Below, piece by piece: positions 12,318 through 24,900 of a stretch of DNA of 64,000 nt (the stretch's first letter is position 1; every line of letters begins with the position of its first letter). A model generated the notes under the pieces. It saw only the letters and a program-made list of their open reading frames with translations. It had not been told where the DNA came from and did not search any database. Made by a program: the position numbers and the translations under genes. Where the stretch lies: positions 930,001 through 994,000 of the forward strand of contig NC_043005.1 of NCBI RefSeq assembly GCF_006345805.1, written 5' to 3'. The DNA is from Octopus sinensis. Its lineage: Eukaryota.

Positions 12318-13726
12318 TGTAGTTATTTCAAGTATTTGACAAAATGACGAAAAATAGTGAAAAAAAGAAAGAAAAAGATTTGGTTTAATGAAAAGGTGTG
12401 AGCATAAAAGCAATAATTCTAAAGCAGGTGGGCCCTATAACTATTGGATGGCCAAGGCAATTGCCCTCTTCAACCCCCAATAAATCTGGCCCTGTACTTA
12501 ACCTCTCTTGGCTTCCAACACATGATCCCTCACAACTAACCTTGAGAGGGAACAAGAACTCATCTCTGCAAATTCACCATTTCACTTTTTTCTTCCTGCT
12601 TACTTCAGAATTACCCACCTATTCCCTTTTTTTCTCCCTTTCTCTACCACAGCTCCCCCTGCATTCTCCATTTTTTTTTTGTTTCATTCAGTTTTTGTGT
12701 AAGTCCCCATTTGATACTTCTGTGGCAAAAAAACCCCAAAAAAAACTATTATAATTATGGATTGATTTATCAATCATCCATTTGGCAGAATTGTTAAAGT
12801 GTTGGGTAAGACAGTTTGTGGTGTATCTTCAGGCTTTTTACATTATGAGTTCTAATCCCACTGAGGACAAGTTTGCATCTCATCCCATTAAGGTTGATAA
12901 AATAATGCACAGGGACTAATTTGACTCCCTCCAAACTACTGACCTTATTACCTATACCAGAAGCAATAATAACTGGAATTGCTGAGCATTACATTAAATG
13001 GTTGTAGTGTTTTAGTTTTGTAATCTGAAAGGTATGAGTGTGCACTTTTTGCTTATGTTATCAAGCTATACATACTGCATGGTACCTATTTATAAATAGG
13101 AGGAGTGAGCCAGTGAGAGTTGAATACATTGATCAGTAATATTGCAAATGGTAACCATTTTCTTTGTATTCGGATATATAAGTCCAGTTCAGTTTACTAA
13201 AGTCTTCTTGCTTTACAGAAAGCATTTTATGTTTTAGTCAAATGATATAATTTATTGCTATATTACTACACTGCACAAATGAAAATTGGGCACTCAGTTG
13301 TTTTGGTAATGTTTTATAAGATTTGCCTGGTTGAGCTGTTTTCTCATGTTTTCCATTTGTGAGTGTTCTAGGTTTTTTTTTTTTGTACGCAGCATTATCA
13401 TTTTCCTCATTTAACACATTCATATATAAGTCCTACACACATATAATCCTTGGAAATTATTTCAAGTTCCAGTTTCCTCATTCTGAATGCTTTATTTCTG
13501 TTCTCCATGCAGACACCATCCAGTATCTTAGACAAGTGGTCTTCTTCCATGGATTTGATAGACAGAAACTGTGAAAGTGCATTGAAGGGACTCTGTCTAT
13601 TTTTGACTGGTAGATTTAATCCATCACCCAATTTAACACTTTCCATTTGTGCCTTTAGTGGAGACCATTTACACTGCAAGCATTTAGACTCTGAGGATAA
13701 GTTCCTCTGATTAATTCATTAAGGAA

Positions 13727-15700
13727 TTATCATTATATGACTGTTGTCCATGGATGGTTTGGTCAGGGCTGGCAAGTTGGAAGGCTGCACCAAACTCTAG
13801 TCTGTTTTGGCATACTTTCTACTTTCTAATGCCCTTTCTAATGCCAACCACTCTGAGAGTGTAGTGAGTGCTTTTACATGCCATATTGCCAAATGGTCTT
13901 GGTCCTTACCTCTATAAGGTCCAACGCTCAGAAGGTGCTTTTACATGCCACTGGCACGAGTACCATTTGTGTGAGACCAGTATCTGCCATGACTGCAATT
14001 TTTCTTGGCTTGATGGGTCTTCTTCACAAGCACAACATGATTCCAAAAGTCTCAGTCATTGCCTCTGTGAGGCCCAACATTTGAAAGGAGCTTGACCACT
14101 TTGCTTCCGTGAGGATCAATGCTTGAAAGGTGCTTTTTAAGTGCCACCTGCACAAGTGCCGGTTACATCACACCAGCATCAGCCATGGCTGCGATTTCAC
14201 TTGGTTTGACGGGTCTTCTGAAGCACAGCATATCACCAAAGGTCTTGGTCACTAGTCCATTGCTTCTGTGAAGCCCAAAGTTTGGAGATCATGCTTCACC
14301 ATCTCATCCCATGTTTTCCTAGGTCTACCTCTACCACATGTTCCCTCCACAGTTAGAGATTGGCACTTCTTTACACAGCTGTCCTTGTTCATACGCATCA
14401 CGTGACCATACCAGCACATTCGTTTCTCTTGCACACCACATCTGATGCCTCTTATGCGTAACTTTTCTCTCAAGATGCTTACACTCTTGATCACCTAGGT
14501 AACGGAAGCTATCTACTACCTCTAGCTTACCCTTATGGCAGTTGATGGAGTCTATTTCCTGTACAATTTCAGTGTTTATTCTACCTGTGCATCTACAACA
14601 CACACAAAGACTATTTTCCCTGTTAACCTTCTTCTGATATTGCTGCACCTTTATGTGTCCAAAGCTTACAGAGTTACTCCCTACACCTTTCCTACAGATC
14701 GAGCAGGGCCATCTACCTAAAGGGACTTGTTATTTGTCTGCCTTCCTACTTACTAAGACTCTGGTTTTTGCTTTGGTTAACTCTAAGGTGCTTTGATTCT
14801 AAACCTTGCTTTCATACATGGAACTTTTCTAATTCTGGTAATAATTCAGCTATAAGAATAAGGTCATGAGTGTAGAGGATCTCACAGCAGTAGCCTATCT
14901 TAAATTCCTCTGTTATTGGGGGGACTATGATTAACAAGAGGGGACTTAGGACCGATCCTTGGTGAATTCCTACTTGTACCCTGAATTCTTTGCTGTACTT
15001 GTTGCCAATCCTCACCTTACTGATATTATCCCTCCACATGGCTTGTACAGCTTTCACAAACCACTCATCTGTCCCTAGTTTCCACATTGACCACCAGATA
15101 AGGGATGGGGGGACCCTCTCAAGGGCTTTCTCTAAGTCAGCAAAAGCCAAGTACAGAGGTTTATTTTTGGCTAGGTACTTCTTATACAGCTGCCTTACCA
15201 GAAATATAGCATCAGTGGTGCTTCTCTCTGGCATAAAAGCAAATTGCATCTCATTTAGACTAACTCTCTCCCTAATTAGTTGGGCTGTGACTCTCTCCAT
15301 AACTTTCATCACCCGATCCAACAATCTGATACCCGTGTAATTATTTCTATCCAAGGCATCACCTTTCCATTTGTAGCAGTTGACTCTGGTGCTGCTACAC
15401 CAGTCATTCGGTATGTCTCCTTTGTGAATCACCTGATTTACAATACAGGTAACTAGACAATAACCTACACCACCAGATATTTTAAGCATCTTAGTGGTGA
15501 TTCCTGAAGGGCTGGGAGATTTCCCTGTCTTCATGTCCTTAATTGTTTTGTGTACCAAGGTAATGTCAGTTCAAGTAGCTACCCCGTCACTGTTATTTCC
15601 CCAGAAGATTTTTATATTTATGTCTTGCCTGTGAGGACTTTGGCTGAAGCCCCTCTCCACCTTGCCTCTTGGATACAGCATACATCAACACACTTCCGTT
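13727..15700 (-). mobile_element. RTE-clade LINE fragment (RT to 3' UTR)
   Basis: ORF 14812-15558 (KSPSPSG, QFAFMP..STTDAIF, FADLEKA, GIHQGSVLSPLL); C-terminus GRGRPRKTW at 14252-14494; family 3' UTR. Confidence 0.9.
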
Positions 15701-15905
15701 CAAATATATTTACTCTAATTTTTGTTGCTTTGTTATATTGCATTACAATGTCACTAGTGTCTTTTGTATAACCACTTATCTCTTCATTGTCACTTAAAGT
15801 AAGTTGAAACCAAAAAAGATTATTTGGCTGTTTATAATCCCATAGAAAATGCTTTGTGACATTAATAATTATTATAATTGTTATTCATTTTCCAAAATTT
15901 TTCAG

Positions 15906-15953
15906 GAGAACATTTTGGAAACCATTTTTGCTCTTGATGTTGACAATACACAT
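15906..15953 (+). CDS. DNMT3: DNMT3 exon ([16 protein letters not shown]), ADD acidic H3K4 pocket
   Basis: tttcag|GAG...CAT|gtaagt; 48 nt, phase 0-0; aligns to DNMT3A NCFLECAYQYDDDGYQ. Confidence 0.85.
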
Positions 15954-18900
15954 GTAAGTTAATATTTTTACAATTTTCTGTTAAAAGTGAAGATCTGTTG
16001 TATAGCATAGTTCTAAATTACTCAAGTTCATCTCATAATTTCTCTTGTGTGTTGAGACACAATATGTCCAATATGTCTTTTATGAAGAGAACTGTGGTAG
16101 GAAGGAAATTTGGTCAATCAAGTTTAGTGGCTCCCTTAGAGGCTCCTTTCAATATTTGTTGGTTTTTCATGGGGGATGAGAGAAGGGTGGAGCAGGTTGG
16201 TTTCTAAAGGGATCATATTAATATCTGATGCTTCTGTGTCAATAATAAAACTACAATAATAAGCCAGACCTTTTATTTTTATTAAGTTGTAGATTTAAAA
16301 TAATAATAACTTAAGAAATGACACTTCTGAAGCTGTCAAGATAAAGAAAAAAATAAAAGCATCACGGCCACAAGAATCGGCAAAATTTAAGAGGAGCAAA
16401 TATTAACAATTACAAGAAGTGTTTCTGCATGTTTCTATTGATTCTGGTGTCTCTCAGATCCATGGAAATAAAATGGTATCAGGAAGCAATGTATATTTGA
16501 TGATTTGACAAGTTGAAATGATAATTGGTTGAGTCTGAGCTGATTTTTTCTCATTACCTAAATTTTATTGGTACCTCCATGTTAGCCACTACCCCCCCTT
16601 CCTCAAACTCAGATATTCTATCACTGAAATGATGGGTTTGTAGCTTGGCATTATCACTTTATGCTAAAGATGAGAGACTCTTGGCTGAAGGCAAAATTTT
16701 GCTTAAATTTATATTTCCAACAACTCTCTGGTGATGTCTAACAATTCATCTGAAAAAAAAAAAAAAGGTTGAGCATTTGGACCAAAACAATAATTTAATA
16801 CAAATAACATTTATAAATTTGTCAAATTAAAGATCCATTATTTTTCTTAGTACAGAAAAAATTTACTCTTGGTTCTAAAGTCACCTCTACCTTATACCAA
16901 CAACACAAAAAGTATATTTTATTAAGTGAGGTATTTTTCAGCTGCTTTTATATTTCTTCAAAACAAAAATATTTTAATTTTTTTAGTAGTGTTACATAAC
17001 ATTGGATGCCAAAACCTTAAATTTTTGTTTTGCCTTATTCTTACAATCTTGTAACATGAAGTGAGTTTTAAGGGTAGCGAAAGGTGAAGTTCTTGGTTGT
17101 TGACTTGACCTCTGTTCGTTCAGCTTGAGATTACTCGATAAAAGCTTAGAAGCAGCTCACAAAGTCCAGCAGGTCAATCTACACAAACTTCAGCTTTTTA
17201 ATATTAATAGGTTTCCATTGTTGAATATGTTTAAAACCTAAAACTTGTGGTTTCCACTTTTGCAAAGTGGAGAACATATGAAAAACTTTTGTAGAACTAA
17301 CATGTTTATGCAGTTAATATTTTGGGGATTTTTCTCTTAGATTCTGTGGTGTAAAGAATGTGAAAATAGTATTATATGTATTGTTAATTTTTTTTTTTTC
17401 AATTTGCTAAATATTTCTGAATTGTGAAACAATCATATTTTGTATACTTTCAGGCTTTCTGTAGTATCTGTAGCCAAAGTGGTCAGCTGTGTATATGCAG
17501 TGTACCAGAGTGCAATAGGTAACATACTTTTAGAAGTGCAAGAATGTGATTTTGTAAATAAGCCAAAACTCTAATTCTGCCGATTAGAAAATTACTATTT
17601 TTAAATCTCACAACGAGAGATATTCAGCAGCAGTACTTTAGAGAAAAGATTTTTTCCAACATAACATGGCAGTCCTGGTTTAGGACAAATGTTGCTGTAA
17701 TTTAGCCCCAGGAGGCATTATCTCCAGCTGGCTATATGACATGATATGTGTCCTTATATTTCTGAACAAGAGAATCTAGCACCCCAGCGCTACCTCTAGC
17801 CGAATAATTATTTTGTGCTGATGAAGGGAAATAACCTGGAAATCGCGATACACAGATATTGTTTTGAGCTGAGTGGGGGTGCTAGATTCCCATGTATAAA
17901 AATATAAGGACGCAGATCATGTTGTATAGCCAGCTAGAGATGATGTATCCTGGGGCTAAATTACAGCAACATTCGTCCTAAACCAGGACTGCCATGTTAT
18001 TTTGGCAAAAATCTTTACGCTAATCCTGCCATTCTATGTTTGTCATAATGATGTGAAGAAATGATGCTATTTCATGCCTTTGTATACCAATTGTACTAAT
18101 CCTAGCATACTAGTTATAACACAATAGTTATAACATACTTATCGTTTACAAGTTATAATTTTCTAATCATACAAAATTTTACATCAGTGTTTAATTGTGC
18201 TCTATGGTTATTAATCACCCAACTTTGTGTTCTGTTGTAGAGTCTACTGCATTAATTGTGTCCAGAGTTGGGTTGGATGTGATGCATGGGATCTGGTAAG
18301 TTAATTCTTTCATAATCCATACAAATAAATGTGAATTTGGGTGTCCCTTCTTTTTTCTAGACAAGAAGCTTCCACTGAAACAGGAGTTACCCTTTCAGCA
18401 CACAAAGGAAAAATTGTACATTCTTATATCTATATTCTATGAAATGTAAATCCTGTGCATGTGTCCACATGGATTACTATGCTTGCAAATGATGTATATT
18501 TGAAATTAGGATCATCTTGGGAGTGTTTCTGTTCTATTTTGGTGCACTAACCTGCAGCAGAAATTGGGTCCTTTTTATCCCATCTTCAGTTCTTAGCACC
18601 AGCAAAATGTGAGTAAAAAGAAACCAAAGTCATCGGAGAATTATTTAGCCTATTCAGAAATTGGATGGCACACAAAATAATTAACATTTTGGGAACTCTC
18701 TTAACTTTTACAATAAAACACCTTTTGTGTTGGTTTGGATAAAATGCCTCTGACTAGCAATTTTGTTATTGATTAAATCCTTTCCCACCCAACAAAATCC
18801 TTTGAACATGAAGTGATGTGCATTTTCCTGATACTAAATCCTTTCTCCAAGCAGTAAATGTTCTTCTATACCACTTGTGAATGATAAAAATTCTTCATTG

Positions 18901-21900
18901 AAAATATATTAGTCAAGTTGAATATAGCAGTGTTATCTTAAACTGCTACAAAGATAAAGGAGGTGCCTTAGAGAAACCAAGCTGCTAAAGTCACAGATCA
19001 GTTGTGCTATGACATGAGTAGACTTACATGAAATGCAGTTTGGTTTCATGCCTAGAAGAGGCACCACAGCAGCAGCAAGGCTACTGCTGGAAAAATATTT
19101 GGCTATGAATAAACTGCTGTTAATGTTTTTTATTGATTTTGAGGGGTTTCAAAGGGCACTGTATTCAGTAATTTGGTGGAAATTAGGTGTTACTGAATGG
19201 CTTGTTAGGGCTGTACTAAGATGAAATAAGCTGTGTAAGAGTTGACAATGATTTCAGTGACAAATTTAGTGTGAAGGTAGCAGTTCATCAGAGTTTAGTT
19301 GTGTTGCATTCATCATTTTCCTGGAGGCCATTACAGAGGAGTTTACAACTGGAAATGCATAGGAACTCTTACATGTTTATGATCTACTTCTCATTGCTGA
19401 ATGAGAAAGAAAACTCCAGGCTTGGAAGCTAAACTTACAATCAACAGGTCTTAATGTAAACTTGGCTAAGATGAAGGTTTTAGTAAGTAGGAGATAAAAC
19501 TGAACCCTGATATTTGCTCTATATGCAGAAAAGGAATACGTATAAACTCCATATGCTGTACCCAAGAGATGTAGTGATAGATGTTCTGGAGGAGTATATG
19601 TCTAGATGGCTTGCTAGTAGCAGTTGATATTATCTAAGAGATGTAAATAATAGGGTAAGTGGTGGTTCTGAAAGTATAGCAGCCAATTTGAGAACAGAAT
19701 GAAGGAAGTTCAGAGAGTTTTTACAATGTTGGGGAGTGAATGGCACTTGTGTTAGAATGGTAATGCTGCATGGCAGTGAGACATGGGCTTTGAAAGAAGT
19801 GAAGCAAGCATGTTTCATTGTATTTGCTTGAATAATAAAGTACAAATGTGCTGAGAGAATTTGGCTTAAGAGCAATCAGATGTAGTGTGCAAGAAGGCTG
19901 GGCTGGTGTGAATGAGGGCATTTCATCATCATCATCGTTTAACGTCTGCTTTCCATGCTAGCATGGGTTGGATGATTTGACTGAAGTCTGGTGAACCAGA
20001 TGGCTGCACCAGGCTCCAATCTGATCTGGCAGTGTTTCTACAGCTGGATGCCCTTCCTAACGCCAACCACTCCGAGAGTATAGTGGGTGCTTTTACGTGC
20101 CACTGGCGGTACTGGCAACAGCCATGCTCAAATGGTGCTTTTTATGTGCCACCTGCACAGGAGCCAGTCCGGCGGCACTGGCAACGACCTCATTCAAATG
20201 TATTTTTCACATGCCACTAAGGCGATGCAGGTAACAATCACGCTCGAATGGTGTCTTTTACGTGCCATCGGCACGGAGGCTAGCTTGTTGCTCTGGCAAT
20301 GATCAGAAAAATAAAAAAAGCATTGATCAGTTCATGTGGAGGAAGCTTATGAAAAGAGAGTCCTAGGAAGAAATGAGACAAAGTGTGAAGACTGATTTCG
20401 GGACCCTGAACCTTGTGGAGGGGATGACTAGTGATGGTCCTTGAGAAGACTTGTCTATATTGGTAGAAGTGAGTTATATTGCACAGTTTGGTTTTTTGCC
20501 AAAATCCAGCCATCATCACTTTCTTGCTACTACTTTTCTTAATACCTGCAACTATTTCATTTCATTATATCAGGTCGAAATGGGTCATTTTCACCCATGA
20601 AGGTACATTTTTCGCCATACTTTTTGTGCAGTTAGTTCAAATTCTCTATTCTTTCATCTAGCTGCTTCTCTTGGAGAGATAAATATGTAAATTTGTGAAG
20701 TTCTTTTTCTGACAGTTGTTCTTTAGTGAGCTGGGATTTATGTGTCTCTCATTTTGACCTGTTTAGACTCTGAATGTTAGATTATTTTATTTTTACTTTC
20801 TCAGTTTGAAAAAATGGCATCAAAACGTGTTCTAGAATTGCTGGAAAGTGATTCAGACCTTTCTGACTTTGAGAATGGGTTCAGTGATTCTGAACTGGAA
20901 GAAGAATTGATTGAGGAAGATGACCTTGACTCTGAGTCAGAGTAAGAGTTATCAAGTTCTGATAGGAATAGTGAAAGTGATGATGGAGGAGAAGGTGTCC
21001 TGCATGCAAAGTCAGGAGTTGAGTGGAAGGAAACCCCTTTTCGTGTCAATGTGCAGTTTGGAGCCAAGAACATAGTGACAGGAAAACCAGGTCTGATTGA
21101 TGTTGTAAGGAATCCAAAAACTCCTTTGGCAATCTTTAGCCAATTTATGCCTCAAGCTTTGATAAGCGAAATTACTGATCATAGAAACCAAAGAATTGAG
21201 AAGGTCAAGGAATGATCCAAGTCCAGATACGATGCTGATGAAGCAACCAGTTTGGAAATTTCGGCTGTTTTGAGCATTATAGTCATCTCTGGAGCTCAGC
21301 AAGCTTCTCGTCATGATATTGAAAGCCTCTGGAATTCGGAGGGAACTGGAATGGATTTGTGATCTGTGATGTCTTACAGACGCTTCAAATTTCTCTTTTG
21401 CCAAATGCGTTTTGATGACAGTGCCACAAGGCATGCAGCTGACTGCCTCGCTCCAATTTGGGACACTTTCGAAAGCGTGGCAGCAGCTTTTCATCAGATG
21501 TACAATCCTAGAGAACATTTGACTCTCGATGAAGCTGTAGAAGCATTTTGAGGCAGATGTGCATTTGTCCAATACATGCCTCTGTAACCAGCTAAATATG
21601 GAATAAAGCTGCAATGCTTATGTGACACCAAAACTAATTACGTATGCAATATGGAAGTGTATCCTGGAAAACAGTTTGATGATCTGTTCTAGCTTTCTAA
21701 TAAACCACATGACATTACATTTTGCCTGGTTGCACCAATCTTTGGCACAGGCAGCAACCTGATAACTGACACTTGGTATACTAGTGTACCATTTACTGAA
21801 GATTTCTTGAAAAGCAAAAGAACTCTTCTTGGAACGACAAAAAAGAACAAGCTGGACATTCCACAAGTTTGCATTCCAAAAAGATATGATGATGGTTTCA

Positions 21901-24900
21901 AATGTGCCTAAACCAAAGATGGCAGTTATTTTTCTTGTCTGTGAAGCACTCTGATGCAAGCCTTGATGAATCAACCAGACACAAGCAGAAACCTTCAGTA
22001 GTGGCTGTGGTTGAAGGCATGTGAATAAAATTGTTCTTACCTTGACTTGCAGTTGGGTACTGCTGGTAGATTGATCAATTCTTCACCCGTTTGCCTTGAC
22101 TTCTCTATATCCATGACTAGCATCTGTCACTGTGAGTGCCCCAAGGGAAAACAAAATGCAGAGGAAAACTTCCCTTCTCAATTGCCGATGTGACATCATC
22201 TCTTGTCGCTTCTGGTCCTTCCACCACAGTGACATTCTACAATGGCACTAAAGGTGGTGTGGACACCACTGCCAAAAAGATGGGCTGCTACATCTTGCTC
22301 CAGATGCACGAAACGATGGCTGATGTTGTTCTGTTCCCTCATGGATAAAGTTTGCTTGAATTCCTTTGTGATATACATTTGGAATAATGAGAAGGACAGT
22401 CTATGATCTCATAGAGAATTTTTGAGATCACTTGGAAAAGAACTTCTGAGGGAACAACTTGAAATATGCTTGCAAAATAAAACTGGAATACAGAAGGAAT
22501 TGCTAAAGACTATTGAGACCTGTGCTTCCAGATTGGCAATTGATGTTCCGTTAGTACCTGTACATCCTGTACAAAGTTCAAAGATCATGCTTCACAACCT
22601 CGTCCCCTGTCTTCCTGGGTCTACCTCTACCACAGGTTCCCTCCACAGTTAGAGATCAGCACTTCTTTACACAGCTGTCCTCATCCATACACATCACGTG
22701 ATCATACTGGTGCAGCCGTTTCTCTTGCACACCACATCTGATGCCTCTTATACCTAATTTTTTTCTTAGGATGCTTACACTCTGTCGAACATGCACATCT
22801 AGTGAAGCATCCTGGCTTCATTTCTCTCAAGTCTACACATGTCCTCAGCTGTCACAGCCCATGTTTCACTGCCATGCAGCATAGCTGTTTGCACACGAGC
22901 ATCAAACAATCTGCCTTTCATCCTGAGAAAGAGGGCCTTTGTTGGCAGCAGAGGTAGGAGCTCTCTGAACTTTGCCCAGCTTAATCTTACTCTCACAGCT
23001 ACACTCTTGGAGTATCCACCTCCACTACCACTTGGTCACCTAGATAACAAAAGCTATCTACTACCGCTAGATTACCCCCTGGTAGTTGATGGAGTCTCTT
23101 TTCTGCACATTTTCTTCCCATTCACTCCAACTATCCCTATTTTTCCCCATTTACCATTAAATCCACCCTCTCATCTCCCATACACTGTTGCAGCCCCTAC
23201 TTGCCTAGGCTCCTATTTCCTCTCTCCTACCTTCTACATTGGGAATCCAGCCAAACACCTCAGTTTATTTCTTTCCAGCTCCACTCCATGTTCTTTTCTA
23301 AAATGTGAGCAGTCATATTGCTTCTCTACAGGAAGATGGTCTTCTCCAGCCTCTTCTTTTATATTTTAACCTCCTTAGTTTCTACCTCAAGCCACTTCCT
23401 TGGGCTTTGTAGTTTCGCACACTACACAGTGACCTCACTAGAACTGGTGGCATGAAAAAAAGCACCCAGAACTTGTAAAGAGGCTGATAATATGAAGTGT
23501 ATCCATCTGTAAAAATCCAGATTTAAAAGGGGTAGAAATAATTCAGTAAAGTTTTACAATGAACTCTTGACTAAGGCTCCAGAAGTTTTGACTTGGTGTC
23601 TTCTTTTTTTGTAGGTTCTTCAGTTTTACAATGTTACTTTAAGCTGATGGCTTAACAGCCCTTCACAAGAGCCAGTATGGCTAGTATGTTAATAAAACTA
23701 GTTATTCTGTCCCTTGTCCTAATCTTTAAATATACATGACCTTCTTAAATATTTACCTTTATATAAAGGTGAGGAATTAACAATATCAAGCAAAATATTT
23801 TGTGATGCTTATTCTCACTCTGAATTTTGTGTTAAAATCTCATTAAGTTTTACTACCTTTCATCCTTCCAGGATAAATAACATAAAATGCCAGTTAAATT
23901 CTAAAGACGATATAATCAAATTTGTACCTTATGGTTTCTACTTGAATATGTAGCATAGCATTAACCTGAATTCAAACTATGAACTTTATTTCTAGATGAA
24001 AGGTATAATGTACATCTCATCCAATAATATTCATTAGGTATAAAACACCTGCTGAAAATGTAGTATTTGTTTTTTTACATGAACCTTTTTTATATTACCT
24101 TGGATTGGATAAAGCATGAGATTGGTGCTCTTCCTAACACTGACCCTTGTTTTCAAGTAAACTACTTTGTTCCAGTAGCTTTTGCACATTGAAACACCAA
24201 GTGGAATGTTTTCTTTATAGAGAGGAAACATAAACAACTGCTACTAGTGTCTTGGTGACTGACTCGTATGCGTTAGTAATATATTCAACAGCCTTCTGTA
24301 GAGGTTCTTTCTGCTGAAGTTAACTTGGTTAATCTAAGGCTGTACTAGAAGACAATGAAGGTGCCCTGCAGTTGGGTGAAACTTTTTAACCACACTGGCA
24401 TGGCCAAAGTCTTTCATGTTCTAAGATGAGGTTAGTAGTTCAAAATATAATCTAATGCCATTTAATCTGAATAAGTTGTTGTTGGCAGTGATAGGGAGGT
24501 TGGAAGCTAGTGATGGTGAACGATGGCAAAGGGAGGAATATAAATTTTGCAGTTGTGTTAATATAGCATTTTTTTTCAGAAATTAAACCACAAATTCACA
24601 TTTTATTTGTATCTTTATAAATGACTGAGAGATACTCTCCAAATTGCTTTAGTATCTCAGAAACACATAATGTCATATAATTTTTAATGTTACCTTTGTT
24701 TAGTAACGTACTCAAAGTAAAAGATAATGTCATTCAACTTGATATATTAACAAAATATATTGAAAATTGACAAGATTTTCATTTCGTATTAAAAACTATG
24801 AGAATGTTTTTTTCTCTTCTATTATTAGATTCTCTCACAGAACCCCTGGTCATGTTTTCTTTGCCGAACTCCAAACAAAAGACGTGCCTGTGGATATCTT

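Noticed and set aside
13407-13710. 90-aa - strand ORF faintly resembling a GIY-YIG C-terminus
   Set aside because: No YIG or Cys motifs; similarity too weak to call.
15721-15804. Donor-like AAA|gtaagt just upstream of the first DNMT3 exon
   Set aside because: No frame gives the expected CxxC...HPLF..G..C..CK sequence and there is no convincing acceptor.
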